Origin: Anolis carolinensis
Taxonomy: Eukaryota
DNA length: 64,000 nt
Direction of reading: 5' to 3'
Assembly (NCBI RefSeq): GCF_035594765.1
Contig: NC_085841.1
Coordinates: 61,177,636-61,241,635, forward strand
Shown here: in pieces, positions 1-12,002 of the stretch
How the letters are laid out: every line of letters starts with the position of its first letter
Numbering within the stretch: the stretch's first letter is position 1
The notes under the pieces: model-generated
What the model was told of the DNA's origin: nothing
Databases searched by the model: none
What the model saw: only the letters and a program-made list of their open reading frames with translations
Program-made: the position numbers and the translations under genes

Positions 1-80
1 AATCTCTCCTTATTATCCAACATATTCGCTTATCCAACATTCTGCCGGCCCGTTTACGTTGGATAAGCGAGACTCTACTG
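1..80. mobile_element. Tc1/mariner (pogo/Tigger-like) MITE, right end, cut by the window start
   Basis: Ends in TIR ...ttggataagcgagactctactg followed by TA; near-identical to the end of the copy at 58548-58870. Confidence 0.85.
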
Positions 81-82
81 TA

Positions 83-742
83 TTTAGGTCTTTAGCCTTC
101 TCTGTGAAAGAATGCTGGTATTGAGCCATGGGAGTTAAAAGCTTTAATTCTATGGTGTAGATCTGGCAAGGGCAAACTTTTTCGCTTTGGGGCTCCATTG
201 CGGGCTGGGCCAGGAGAGCCTGGCTGGGTGGAGGTGGGGGGGGGTGTTCACCTGCTTTGTGAGCAGGGGCCTGCGAGGGGTTGGGCCTGGGAGAGGGCGG
301 GGCCAAGGCAGGGCCTGGGTCATCCTCGGGTTGTCCTCACAGCATAAGGACCAGTCTGCTTGCTCCATCCTGATGCCAGAAGGAAGGCGGGATGCATGAT
401 GACTGCCCCGATCCTCCTCGGGCTGTACTCTTGACATTGTGCCAGGAGGAAGGCAAGACAGGCGGCGGCTAAGAGTGCTCTGGAGGGCTCCCAGCTGCCA
501 CGTGCCTTCCTTGAGCAGTCCTCCCAGCTTAAGAATGGGGCCGCTCACACCGTCCTTATGTCGGGAGGAGGGCGAAACACGTGGTGGCTGAGAGTGCTCC
601 AGATGGCTCTCAGCTGCTGCGGGCCACCGTGTCCTTATGCTAAGATGACAGGGTAAATGAGGAGGGCCTGAGGTAAGCACCCCAAGGCCCACATCCGGCC
701 CCCAGGCCTTAGGTTGCCCATGCCTTGTGTAGATGCACCCTG
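83..742. mobile_element. Harbinger/PIF-like MITE (partial), host of nested insertions
   Basis: ggtctttagccttctctg...ttgagccatgg...gtgtagatgcaccc matches copies at 13275-13495, 21690-22371, 43731-43941 and 46552-46891. Confidence 0.65.
163..726. mobile_element. GC-rich non-autonomous hAT element
   Basis: Imperfect TIRs ctggcaagggcaaact / aggttgcccatgcctt; exact 8-bp TSD gtgtagat at 155-162 and 727-734. Confidence 0.85.
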
Positions 743-927
743 AGTCTTCATGCATGGCCCATAAGTATCTTCTTTCAGTGGTAGACCATTAGCGTTGTTC
801 TTAGACATGATTTCTGATGCCCTACTGGAGTTTTTAAACACAGAGATACCAGATTGAGGTACAGCTAGGAATGATAAACCCATACTTTTAAGTTATTGTT
901 TAGTTTTACAATTATTTAAATAGTTAT

Positions 928-1164
928 TATTTATTTATTTATTTATTATTTACAGCATTTATATTCCGCCCTTCTCATGCCGAAGGGGACTCAGGGCGGA
1001 TCACATTACACATATAGGCAAACATTCAATGCCTTTTAACATAGAACAAAGACAAACAAACATAGGCTCCGAGCGGCCTTGAACTCATGACCTCCTGGTC
1101 AGAGTGATTCATTGTAGTTAATTGCAGCTGGCTTGCTCTCCCGCCTGCGCCACAGCCCGGGCCC
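928..1164 (-). mobile_element. tRNA-derived SINE with L2-type 3' tail (Anolis SINE2-like)
   Basis: Minus strand: A-box-like tggcgcaggcgg, B-box-like gagttcaaggcc, tail ccgccctgagtccccttcgg...gaagggcgg...(taaa)n shared with the L2 at 62373-62989; TSD agttat at 922-927 and 1165-1170. Confidence 0.85.
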
Positions 1165-2204
1165 AGTTATGGTTTTGACTGGTCATTTCTTTCTACCATT
1201 GAGTACAATGTTAGGAACACACAAGTCCATAATCTTAAGAACACTAAAATTCTCTGGTGGCAAGATGTAGGAAGTTGTAGTCCAAAGAAATAACTTTTCC
1301 AAGCTTAGCTTAGTTGTGGCATATGGTACTATCTAGTTCAGATTTACTTGGAAGTTAATTCTGCCATAATTGATGGAGCTTACTTCCTGGCAAATAATTG
1401 TGTTTGGAATTAGAGCCCTTAGTTGCCAAGCAATTTTTTTGCCTATGAAAGCTCAGGCTGTCATAATCCAAGATTTTCATTTCCTATTCTTGCTTTGGTC
1501 CCAAAGAACCATAACAGAGAGATGATTCTAGGGCATTTTGCAAGCCTTTTTCATTCCACAGAGAAAAGGGAAAGAGGTTGTTAACACAATCGCTATAATC
1601 AGTTTGGCATACAACACTAGAAAGATGCTGTTCTTTTTCTGGAGAGCTCCCCAGCGAGGCTGAATATAGAAGCACCAGATGAGTATCAGCGACATGAAGC
1701 CTCTCAAAACTAAGTAGGAGCCAGTGAGAGTAAAAAGCATCAAGTAGCAGCTGTGGCCATTAACACACTTGCTCTAATCTGCATTTCTCTCATTCGCCCG
1801 CCCGAGTCTCTGCTGAGGCTTATTTCAGATGAATAGCCTGTGGCAGTTTTATTTTTATTTTAGTTGCCTAGTGGAAAGATGGAATTTTATTGACATAAAA
1901 TAACAGTAAAAAGAAGGGAGGAAAATGGAGATGGCAATATGTTTCATTTATTTTCTAATATCAGATAATGATCAAAATTCCAGCAGGATGGAGGAGGAAC
2001 CATTGTCCCGACTACAAAGTATGAGGCTGGATTGTTATTGGGACATTATGTGAAGAAGACTAATCTTTCCTCCTTTGGGCCATTTTCTGTTGTCTTGACT
2101 TTGGACAAGATGGGGAGATTTCTTGACTCAAATAGCTTTTCTCTAACCAGGAGCGTGGTTTCCTCTATATGGAGAGTACCAAGTTGGAGTGGAGGATGAC
2201 TGAG

Positions 2205-2890
2205 CTCTTAAAATCTTTGGCAGAGACACTTTCTTTGATCCCTCCAAAGTCATGTTTGGTGGAAACATGCGAGAAGGCCTTCTCCAAGATTGCTCCCAGA
2301 CTCTGGAACTTCCTTTCTAGGGAGGCTTGCATGTCTCCTTTTTCATTGTCTTTTCAGTAGCAGATGAAGGCTTAAAAAAAATTCTAGCAAGCTTTGGGGA
2401 ATGGATTGCTTTTACACATAAATGGCATTAAATGGCAATTACTGTTTTCATTCTTTGTTTTAGTGTAATAATTTAAATGTTTTGGTATGTTTCTATACAT
2501 TTTTACAAAATTGAAATTGCCCCCATTTAGTAAAGGTTTCCCCTTGACATTCAGTCTAGTTGAGTCCGACTCGGTGGGAAGGGGGTTCTCATCTCCATTT
2601 CTAAGCTGAAGTGCCGGTGTTGTCCACAGGTCTCCTAGGTCATGACAGCATAGAGCACCATTACTTTCCCACCGAAGCAGTACCTATTGATCTACTCACA
2701 TTTGCATGTTTTTGAACTGCTAGGTTGGCAGAAGCTGGGGCTAACAACAGGAGCTCACCCCATTCCACGGATTCGAACCACCGACCTTCTGATCAGCAAA
2801 TTCTGCAGCTTAGCTATTTAACCCGCTGTGCCATGACACCCCATTTAGCAAGCCACCTTAAATTCCAGTTTGGGGGAAAAGTTGAGGCTT
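2205..2890 (+). mobile_element. Old L2 LINE 3' fragment interrupted by a Sauria SINE
   Basis: ORF 2169-2360 contains EKAFSKIAPRLWNFL, like DRAFSVVAPRLWNSL in the L2 at 62373; AT-rich 3' UTR follows. Confidence 0.7.
2531..2838 (-). mobile_element. Sauria SINE
   Basis: Reverse complement of the copies at 8190 and 16847; 10-bp TSD ccccatttag at 2521-2530 and 2839-2848. Confidence 0.9.
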
Positions 2891-2989
2891 TAAAAAGAGG
2901 TTGAATGGTTAGATGCAAACTTCAGCCCATTTCTGCAAACAGATTTCCTGGGACTTTGCACAAGAAAGCATGCAATACCTCTTGGCACA

Positions 2990-3340
2990 AGCATTGTCAG
3001 GTTGACTTTGATTTATGGTGACCCTGTGAATGAGAGACCATAAGTCACCCTTATCGTTATCAGCTCTGCTCAGATCTTGTAGAGTCAGGTCCATGACTTC
3101 CTTGATTGAGCCTAACCATCTGGAATGCAGTCTTCTTCTTTTCCGGCTGCTTTCCACCTTACCAAGCATTAATGTTTTTTTCTAGTGAGTCATGTCTCTT
3201 CATGACATCACCCAAGTATGACAATCCCGGTTAGTCATCTTGCCTTTTAGCGCAAGTTTGGGATTGATTTGCTCTAGGACCCATTTATTTGGGTTTTTTA
3301 GAAGTCCATGGCCAGTCTCCAGCAGCACATTTCAGATGAA
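2990..3340 (-). mobile_element. RTE-clade LINE 3' fragment
   Basis: ORF 2909-3169(-) MLGKVESSRKRRRLHSRWLGSIKE...WSLIHRVT resembles the RTE/BovB C-terminus. Confidence 0.8.
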
Positions 3341-4633
3341 AGGGTCTGCCGAACATGCACAAGAGCAGTCTCTAATACTTACCCCTGCAACTAGAATAAG
3401 GACTACTTCAATTCCGCCAGTCAAATTTGCCCAAATTTGTTCAAACCAATTGGCTGGCAGTTCCCACTTCCTTCCCTGAAGTATATGGGCCATGCAAGCC
3501 CTTGGAAAGAAGGAACTGGCAACCTGCCATGAAGATGGCTCACCCAAACTCCCCTCCCTCCTTTCTTCAGCAAACTCTGCAGTGAAGTAAGTTGCACCGC
3601 TCCCTTTTTAAACAGTACCCTGACATGCAACCATCTAGGAGATGATGGTCTTCCTGTTATAGGGATCATGCTACCCTGTTTTCCTGAAAATAAGACAGGG
3701 CTCAATTTCTGCTTGTGAAATGTGACTATATGTTGCACATATACATTCTGTTTATATGCATTCATACATACAAAAATGGGTGGTTCAGTAAATAGCACAT
3801 TTTGCTTTTCACGTTCCATAATCAATCAAGGGACCCTAAACTGGAAACAAAGGCTCACCAACATTTGAAGCAACACTTTAGTTGTGCTTCTAATATTTCT
3901 TCCTTTTGTGCATCAACTATCAGGTGAACATGTTTATTTCTATTCTAAGAAAAAAAAACCTCACACCAAATTTCTGCAATTTTAAACTGCTACAAAAGGC
4001 ACCCAAACAGAACTAGTGGTCAATAACTATAATGTTGCAGTTTCTAAACAACTGTATATTGCATAATCATCTGCTAGAAAAATGAAAAAATAGAGAGAAA
4101 ATTAATACTCATTTATGAGAAGTTAATCCCAGACAAAGGTTTATCTGATTCTAGGATTTAAAATTAACATAGCACTACAACTTGGTTTAACTGGTTTCCT
4201 GAGGGAAGTGAGTCACGTTATGTATTTTGCTATGATATTAAAATTTTGCTGAGAATATGCCACTGTTTTTAAGAGCATGCTGACAATCACTAATGATGAT
4301 ACGGCATATTTAGGGATTAAATGAGGAACCATGCAGATGAGTCCAGCAAGTCAGAGCTACTGGGAGGGGCTTCCCCTCGGAATGTGAGAAGACTGCTCCG
4401 TCATTATGAACAGGGACTAAAACTTCATGTGTGGGCTTTTGTAGCCACTGGCTTAGAACACTGAGTACAGATTATAATTTTATAAATGCAATTAAGAATA
4501 CGCTTCCCTCCCGCCACTTTTTGCAGTCCAGTTACTCAAGCCGTTGTTATGCATTTACCAGGATGGCAAGTTGTATAAAATGGATAGATTTTACCCTTTC
4601 TATTTTTTCCAAAACGTCAAATAATCACAAGTA

Positions 4634-5571
4634 CAAGCAGTCCGCAAATTACAGACATCCAACTTACAAACAGCTCCTAGTTAAGAAGGGGGTTGAGACA
4701 ACAGGAAGTGAGAGAAATCTACCCCTCGGAAGGGAAATTCACTCCTGAAAGAGTTATCATGGAGAAAAGGTTGTTGGGGATTGTGGATGATTGATGAAAG
4801 CTCTTACGTGTGCCCATGAACCCAGAGTCACCCTGCAGAAAGATGTGTTAGCGAGTGTGTATAGCAGAACCAGCAGCGTCCAGTTAACACCATGTGCAAA
4901 AGACTCAGACTAGGCAGAGGAATTGAAAGAACAAAGGAAAACTTTACTTGTTGAGTTGAAGTCAAATAAACAGTTCAGCAATCGTACAATGTCCTTGTAG
5001 TTGCATAGGATCAATAACTAATCAATCAGCATTCAATATACCCAGCATAGCATATTTAAAACTGCTACTTGACCCTAGCTAGAGAGCCTGTCTTTTCTGT
5101 GCTCTCCCTACAAGCTCAGATTTCCAACTGACAAACCAGCCATCTGCCAGCAAACCGATACATTGTTTGAGGTGTGGCTTGCCTCTGCAAAAAGCGCAAC
5201 TCCCCTTTTGCAGAGATCTTTTACAAGCAACTTTGCAAGGATTTCTTTACACACACACACACATAGCAATTTGGCGCAATAAGATGCACCACTCAGTCCT
5301 TTCTTAGTCCATAAATCTGCTTCAGTGAAGATCAGCAGCAAACAAGGCCTCAGAAATAGTCAGGCCTCTCTTGAGTACAGAGTCATCTTCTGTCCAGAAG
5401 ACACACACACACACAGAAACCTGTTCAAACTGGTTTTCCGGCAGCAGGACAGCAACAGTTGCAAACCCATTCCCAGGTCCTTGCAAACTCAGCCAATCGG
5501 CTTCATACATTTGATTTTCCAGTTGGCACACATATAGTATCTTTGCAAACCATGACAAAGGTGTCTCCACT
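4634..5571. mobile_element. Truncated Tigger-like MITE interrupted by a solo LTR
   Basis: Starts ta|caagcagtccgcaaattac; inverted match to the right part of the MITE at 5627-6030; resumes after the LTR (gtctccac). Confidence 0.7.
4772..5557 (-). mobile_element. Solo LTR (~786 bp)
   Basis: TG...CA termini (tgttgggg...ccatgaca); exact 5-bp TSD aaggt at 4767-4771 and 5558-5562; splits a MITE; strand is tentative (TATA-like and AGTAAA signals on minus). Confidence 0.85.
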
Positions 5572-5626
5572 AGTGGGTGGGAAAAATTGCATTTGGGGAG
5601 AATCTAGCCAGGTGGGTGAGGGAATA

Positions 5627-6030
5627 CAGGCAGTCCCCAAGTTAGAAACAAGATAGGTTCTGTAGGTTTATTCTTAAGTTGGATTTGTTTGTTAGTCAGA
5701 ACAGGTACTTTTTAAAGTGTAAATTCACCCCCCCCAAAAAAAAAATCTTAGGATGGCATAGGGAAGCGCTAACACCCTTGTGGAGTTTGTTTTGCTGCCT
5801 GTGCCCCATTCTGAAGATTTCAACTCACTTTCTGTCCCTGTGATAGTTGAATTTTGGAAAATGTGACTTGTTGTGGAAACAAGGAATGGTGCTAAAGTTT
5901 CAGAGGAGACATTTTTACCCCATGATAACGCTTTCAGAAGTGGTAGAATTCTCTTACTTCCTGTTGTCACACCCACACTCTTAACGAGGACTCATTTGTA
6001 AGCTGGATGTTTGTAACTTGGGGCTGCCCA
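5627..6030. mobile_element. Tigger/pogo-like MITE
   Basis: TIRs caggcagtccccaagtta / taacttggggctgccca; flanked by TA. Confidence 0.8.
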
Positions 6031-6388
6031 TACTTGTGATTATTTGACATTTTGGGGAAAATGGAAAGGATAAAAATCCCCGCTGTTAATTTGAAGAGGG
6101 AAATAAAGCGATAAAGATTCTTATTTCTGGCAAAGGGATTGCTTTTTTTGGTCTTATCTATTTTTAAATGTACAGTCAAGGAGAACAACAGTGGTTACCT
6201 TGAAAGGGATGAAAAATGAATTCATGTCACAGAATCCAGGATGCCATTGTTTTCTGATATCCAGGAGTGTTGGAGGAGATACAGTGCCTTCACAATAGGC
6301 ACTGGAATTTGGTTTCAAGATTCGGTGTTGGTCCCAAAATTCATAGAAGCCTTTTGACCAATAACATTTTAACACCAGATGGTAAGTA

Positions 6389-6681
6389 CAGTGTTCCCTC
6401 ACTTATCGCGGGGGTTAGGTTCCAGGACCACCCGCAATAAGTGAAAATACATTATTTTAGTAGTTATACACTATTTTAAGTTTTATCAACAAATCGTGTG
6501 TTGATAAATCACCTCCTCCTCCTCCCATTGCCGCTTGGGCTCCTTTTCTCTCCCTTCAGCTTCTCCTTCATCCCTTTCTTAGGCTGTAATTTTTTATGAC
6601 TTATAATTCTTTTCATTTATTGAAAAACCGTGAAACAGCAAATCCTCAAAAAGCAAACCGCGAAGTAGTGAGGGAACACTG
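6389..6681. mobile_element. Tc1/mariner-type MITE
   Basis: TIRs cagtgttccctcact / agtgagggaacactg; TA TSD at 6387-6388 and 6682-6683. Confidence 0.85.
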
Positions 6682-6769
6682 TACTTCATCCCGTGGCATC
6701 CAAGGGTTTGTACATTTGGGGAGGTAACGGAGCATTCTGTCTGAGAATACTTCTGAATATTCCTCCCTA

Positions 6770-7360
6770 AACTGCCAAGGCTGCATTTTATCACCTATCT
6801 GTTTAATGTGTTGGCTGAACAGATCATATGTAAAGCAGGAGTAAACTTGGAGAAAGAAGGTGTGAAAATTGGGAGGAAAGAAACATTAATAATTTAAGAT
6901 ATGCAAATGATAACATCACTAGCAGAAAAGACCAAAGACATGGAATGATTACTGAAGGAAGTCAAAGAAAAGAGTTGAACATTAAGAAAATGAAACCAAC
7001 GACCACAGATCAACTTTAGACAATGAAGATATTGAATTAATTCAAGATTTTCCATATCAGGATGGAGATTGCAATCAAGAAATCAGAAGAAGTTTAGATC
7101 TTCAAAGGGCAGCTAGACAAGATCATGGAGTATAAAGATACATAACTGAATCCTAACGTTTAGGACTGTGAATTCCATTGTATTTCCCATTTCTCTATAT
7201 GTTTCTGAAAGCTGGACAGTGGAGAAAACTGATAGAAAAATATCTTTTAATTTGAAATGTGCTGGAGAAGAGTTCTACAAATACCCTGAACTGCTAAAAA
7301 GACATATAAATGTATCCTGGAGCCAAACAAATCTGAATGCTCTTGAGAAGCCAAGATAAA
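6770..7360 (+). mobile_element. Decayed RTE-clade LINE reverse transcriptase fragment
   Basis: Frameshifted translation gives QGCILSP.LFN...GVKIG..NINNLRYAND (YADD motif) and VFPISLYVSESWTVEK. Confidence 0.85.
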
Positions 7361-7519
7361 TCACACTGTTGTTGACTGCATTATGTGGAATTCTGGGACT
7401 TATAGTTTAGTGCGGCCTCTTGCTAAGAATTCTAAATGTCTCCTCCTAAACTGGCAATCCCACTAGACCATAGAAAGCAGCCATAGAAGTTAGTTGAATC
7501 ATAGCACCATAATATTTAA

Positions 7520-7704
7520 CTAATGTTTTATCATTGTTATTGTTAATTTTGTTTACTTGTGCTTTGGCTTATCTTATTTGTTTCTATATTGATTTAATGT
7601 GTTATTATTTGTTTACTTTATTTTTATGTATATTACCATATTTATTCATGTTGTAAGCTGCTCCCAGTCTCTTGGGGAGATGGGGCGGGGTACAAATAAA
7701 GTTG

Positions 7705-7765
<61 letters not shown>
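7520..7765 (+). mobile_element. L2-type LINE 3' UTR with (TTA)n tail
   Basis: tgtaagctgctcccagtctcttggggagatggggcggg...aataaagtt followed by (TTA)n at about 7706-7765. Confidence 0.65.
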
Positions 7766-7766
<1 letters not shown>

Positions 7767-8189
7767 ATATAAAGGAAGGGACTCCCTCTATTAAACTTTG
7801 AAGGTCCTGTTCTGTAAATCATCACAATTTGTTTTACAGATATAGACAAACTGCTGCACATTAAGACAGGGAAGTTCTTTGGAACTGTTTTCTTCCATTC
7901 CATCTCTTTAGCCGTAGGTCATGTTAATGTCTTTACTTATTACCGTCTCATCTAAAACCTGTTGATCCCAACAGGCTTGTCAGATCAGGGCAATGTCAGG
8001 CCCTGAGATTTTGGTGCTGAAACTAGGGTTGATCTTTAAGGATGTCACGGGGACAAGTCCTGATGTTGCCATTAAGCATGATGTAATAAGAAACAACCAT
8101 AGTTGCACAGAGAGTGTCATTCAGTCAAAAAGCACCAAATGAAGAAATCTATTTCAGGTTATATAGTACTTACCCTATGTTTTTCTTGC

Positions 8190-8516
8190 CCTCGGTAGTG
8201 CAGCGGGTTAAACCACTGAGCTGCTGAACTTTCTGACCGAGAGGTTGGCAGTTCAAATCCGGGGAGCGAGGTGAGCTCTCACTGTTAGTCCCAGTTTCTG
8301 CCAACCTAGCAGTTTGGAAACATGCAAATGTGAATAGATCAATAGGTACTGCTCTGGTGGGAAGGTAATGATGCTCCATACAGTTATACCGGCCACATGA
8401 CCTTGGAGGTATGTGCGGACAACGCCAGCTCTTTGGCTTAGAAATGGAGATGAGACCAACCTCCAGAGTAGGACACGACTAGAGTTAAAGTCGGGGAAAA
8501 ACATTTACCTTTACCT
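8190..8516 (+). mobile_element. Sauria SINE
   Basis: ggtagtgcagcgggttaaac head, gttcaaatcc B box, (accttt)n tail; flanked by a ~100-bp direct duplication. Confidence 0.9.
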
Positions 8517-8779
8517 TAATAAGAACCAACCATAGTTTCACAGAGAGTGTCATTCAGTCAAAAAGCATGAAATGGAGAAATCTACTTTGGATTGTACAGT
8601 ACTTATGTTCCTCTTGCAGCTGAATTGTGCTGGAAACCTAGAGAGCTGGCATTTGGCTTGGAGTAGTTTAATGGGAATGGCAGTAAAATCCTGAGTGGAT
8701 TCACTGTCCTGAAGTGGCAAATTAATCAGTTCACCTGACCTAAACAGTCTTTCTTTCACAAGCTCTCCATAAGTATAAA

Positions 8780-9130
8780 TTTGTGAGGGACGGTCTTGAT
8801 AAATCCTCTGTAGTCCCTCTTTTTCAGCTGTTTTTAAAATGTCCCAGTGTCTCTTCTTCCTCCTACTTTCCCATTTACCTCAAGCTTCTTTCAATTGCTT
8901 CAAAGTGTGTTCAAAGTGAAAAGACAGTTCCTACTCAATTAACTCAGCAGCAGAAAAAGGAGAGGACAGAAACGTGACCTCCCCAGTAGACTCAGGTAAA
9001 AGCAAAGTGCTGCAGCCTCTCGTAGCTTGTGATTTTCCTTGTTAATAGCTTTTGCATTCTGATCTTTCTAGGCAACACATACCTCAGTTTTTATCTGTGA
9101 AATATTGGACGGTATGTTATCATCTGAGAG
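8780..9130. mobile_element. Old DNA-transposon-like repeat fragment
   Basis: taaatcctctgtagtccctctttttcagc... recurs at about 43590-44100. Confidence 0.4.
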
Positions 9131-9254
9131 GAGGGGGATAGTGGTATTATAGTACCTAACAAGAAATGCTTTATATGTGACTTGCCCCATTGATCCATGT
9201 AGCCAAGGATTTTGAGTTCTGACTCTTTCGTTTCAGCCAGAATTCTTTCTTGTC

Positions 9255-9365
9255 CTTACCAGGAGATCTCTAGTGTTCTTTGGTGGTCATCCAGCCAAGT
9301 ACTAACTAGACTCAGTTCTGATTCATTTTTAATTAAAATGGTTTGTGTGTGTATTTAAGGTAGTG
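9255..9365 (-). mobile_element. Degenerate 5S rRNA-derived SINE fragment
   Basis: Minus strand contains ctagttagtacttggctggatgaccacc, like the 5S internal control region. Confidence 0.45.
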
Positions 9366-11661
9366 CAATGTTCAAGATTCCTTGATCCGCCTATCCTTTC
9401 TTAACTTCCTTTACTTCCTCACTGCCACAAGGAATTGATATTTCTACCACAGAGTCCCAAATGTCTTAAGAAGACTATGAACAGGAAAAAGCAAAAATGA
9501 CTCTGAATGTGTATCTTCTTATCTTTGGTGTTTGGCTCTACGTGTTATTTACCATTTGCTAGTATTTTAGAAATATCATCTCACTTTTCTCTAAAAGCAT
9601 AGATGGCGCCTAATCTAAATGCCAAAATTGTCATCCATGATAACAATGTCTGACAGAATTGTTGTTGTTTCTGGCCTTGTCATTTTTTAAACTTCAATCA
9701 ATTGAAAATAATCTTTCTTTCCCACTATTTCTAGTAAAACAATCTTTCTTTCCTACCATTATGAAACTGCTGGTGTAGACTAGCTAGATTATAGACTGCA
9801 AAATGAGTTCTCAGGAAAAGCAGAACCAGGCATGTGAGTCTTGAGCAGTAATTTTTTGCTTCTCAATTGCTCTCACAAACAGGGGGTTGTATCACAACTA
9901 CCTTGTTTCACTGAAAATCCACTTGCTTATTTTGGATATAATCCAAACTATTGTAGGGGATGGAATCAATTACCTTGAAATACATCTTGAAGATGTCAGT
10001 AGGCATACAGCTGGCAAGGCACCCCCTTTTTGTGTTTTGATCATGTTTATGCTGGAGAGTTTCAAAAACTATTACACCATAGCATGGGTTCTTGAGGCAG
10101 CCAGATGTGAGAGAGGTCACTGACCAGATGGAAAGCAACAGAAGATATAGTTAATATGGTGATAGTGCTCAGATTGCAGCTAACAAAAATAGTTGGGATT
10201 TTAAAAGCAAGGAAGATGGCACACATTCAGGGTGGTTCTACAGAAGCACATAACACAGCTCAAAACTGATATAAAACACACTGGTTTGGAGCAGCATTAT
10301 GGCCATTCGAGTTCAGTATGGCTGGGAAAGGGCAGGTTCCTACCCTAGCAACCCAAATGCCCATCTCAAAAGATAGTGGTGATTGTCTGCCTTTGAAGGG
10401 GAATTTGAGGTGCTGGTGGACAACCACCTTGCCACACCAGACAACTTGAGCCTGGGGAGTGTGATGTCTGTGGGGACATAATCCTTGATTCCATATATTG
10501 GTGTCTCCATTGCCCCAACATGTGTCTCCGTTGGCTAAATCCTGGACCAGGATCTGTACATTTTCTTGTGTTTTTTTTACCCATAATGCAAAAGCATTCA
10601 ATTTTAAGCAATCTTCTTTCCACTCCTAGCCTTAAGTGAAATATGCAATTAATGGTACAGATTTTTAAAGTTAACTTGCAGCAACTTAAACTTAACTTTC
10701 ATCAACTATAATCAGGCTGATGCAAACCCCACAGTACATTAAATGGCAGTATAGAACTACCCTCATAATGCAAAATTTAAAGTTAAGCATTTTTAGTATA
10801 GTTGATTTAGGTTCAGGTGGGCTGTTGCAGTGAGTCTGAAATACTATTTTCTTCTGCTGGCACCCTTTGAGTGATATATTGACTGCCAAAAGTGCTGATA
10901 AAGGAAGCCAAAAATACCACCAGAACTGGCTAGAATTCTGCTTCTCCCTTTGAAAATGGATAATTTCTTGTGAGTGAAACAACCAAGAAGTTCTACAAGT
11001 AAAATGTAGGAGTTCGGTTTGCCCATCCCAGTCTAGATAATGTCTGTAATATTCGCACAATGCCCGATTGTTGACACATTACATGACACCGACCAGGCAG
11101 TTGGTGTGTTAAGAATTATTTCGTTTTTAAGCAATCTTCTTCCCACTCCTAGCCTTAAGTGAGATATGCAATTAATGGTACTGATTTTATGGTAATGTGT
11201 GTGGTAACCTAGTAAATTAAACAATGGACTGGAAATAACAGGCCTGGATTCTGTTGCATACTTAGCAACTGTCACGTTATTTTAAGATCGCTTCAAGACC
11301 ATTAGTGTTTATGTTAAAAAAAAGTAATGGCTAGCTATTAATGCATCCTAGCAACAGATCAACATGATATTCCATGGCTGCCTTTCAACTATGGAATGCA
11401 TTGGGCGGCAGTCAGGTTGAATCTTCAGAGTACTTCTGTCTCAAATCTTTACCAAAGGTGCTTGACATGAAGCAACTAGAAGTACAGAAGGGGAAAAAAA
11501 CATCAATAGGAAGTTTGAGGACTGGTACAATTTTAGATTTCACTCATGAAGGGAAAAAATGGTAGGAAGGAGTAGTCAAACTCACAGCAAAAGTCAAAGA
11601 TAATCATTTGACTACATTTAACACAAAATAGCAGTTTAACTATTAAATTACTTTGCAACTA

Positions 11662-12002
11662 CAGTAGAATCTCACTTTTCCAACCTTCTCTCATCCGACA
11701 TTCTGTATTATCCAACGCAGTCTGCCTCCCACCCAAATGCACAACAGGATATACTAGCAAATGGTTTCTCTAGGCAGCAACGCACAATGGGCCAATATGC
11801 CCAACAACAACCCAAATGCAGCCACACTCCTAAACAAGTGGCAGACTTGTTGTAAAACACAATGTTTTGGTGCTTAATTTGTAAAATCATAACGTAATTT
11901 GACGTTTAATAGGCTTTTCCTTAATCCCTCCTTATTATCTAATATTTTCACTTATCCAATGTTCTGCCAGCCCATTTATGTTGGATAAGCGAGATTCTAC
12001 TG
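11662..12002. mobile_element. Tigger-like MITE, variant with a different internal segment
   Basis: TIRs cagtagaatctc...gagattctactg, TA TSD; ends match the 323-bp family, interior 11725-11850 differs. Confidence 0.85.

Noticed and set aside
150-755. 201-aa ORF on the minus strand
   Set aside because: Lies almost entirely within a GC-rich hAT MITE; no recognisable domain; stop-poor because of GC content
6264-6381. Plus-strand exon candidate ending ATG|GTAAGT
   Set aside because: Weak acceptor, unrecognised peptide, no partner exons identifiable
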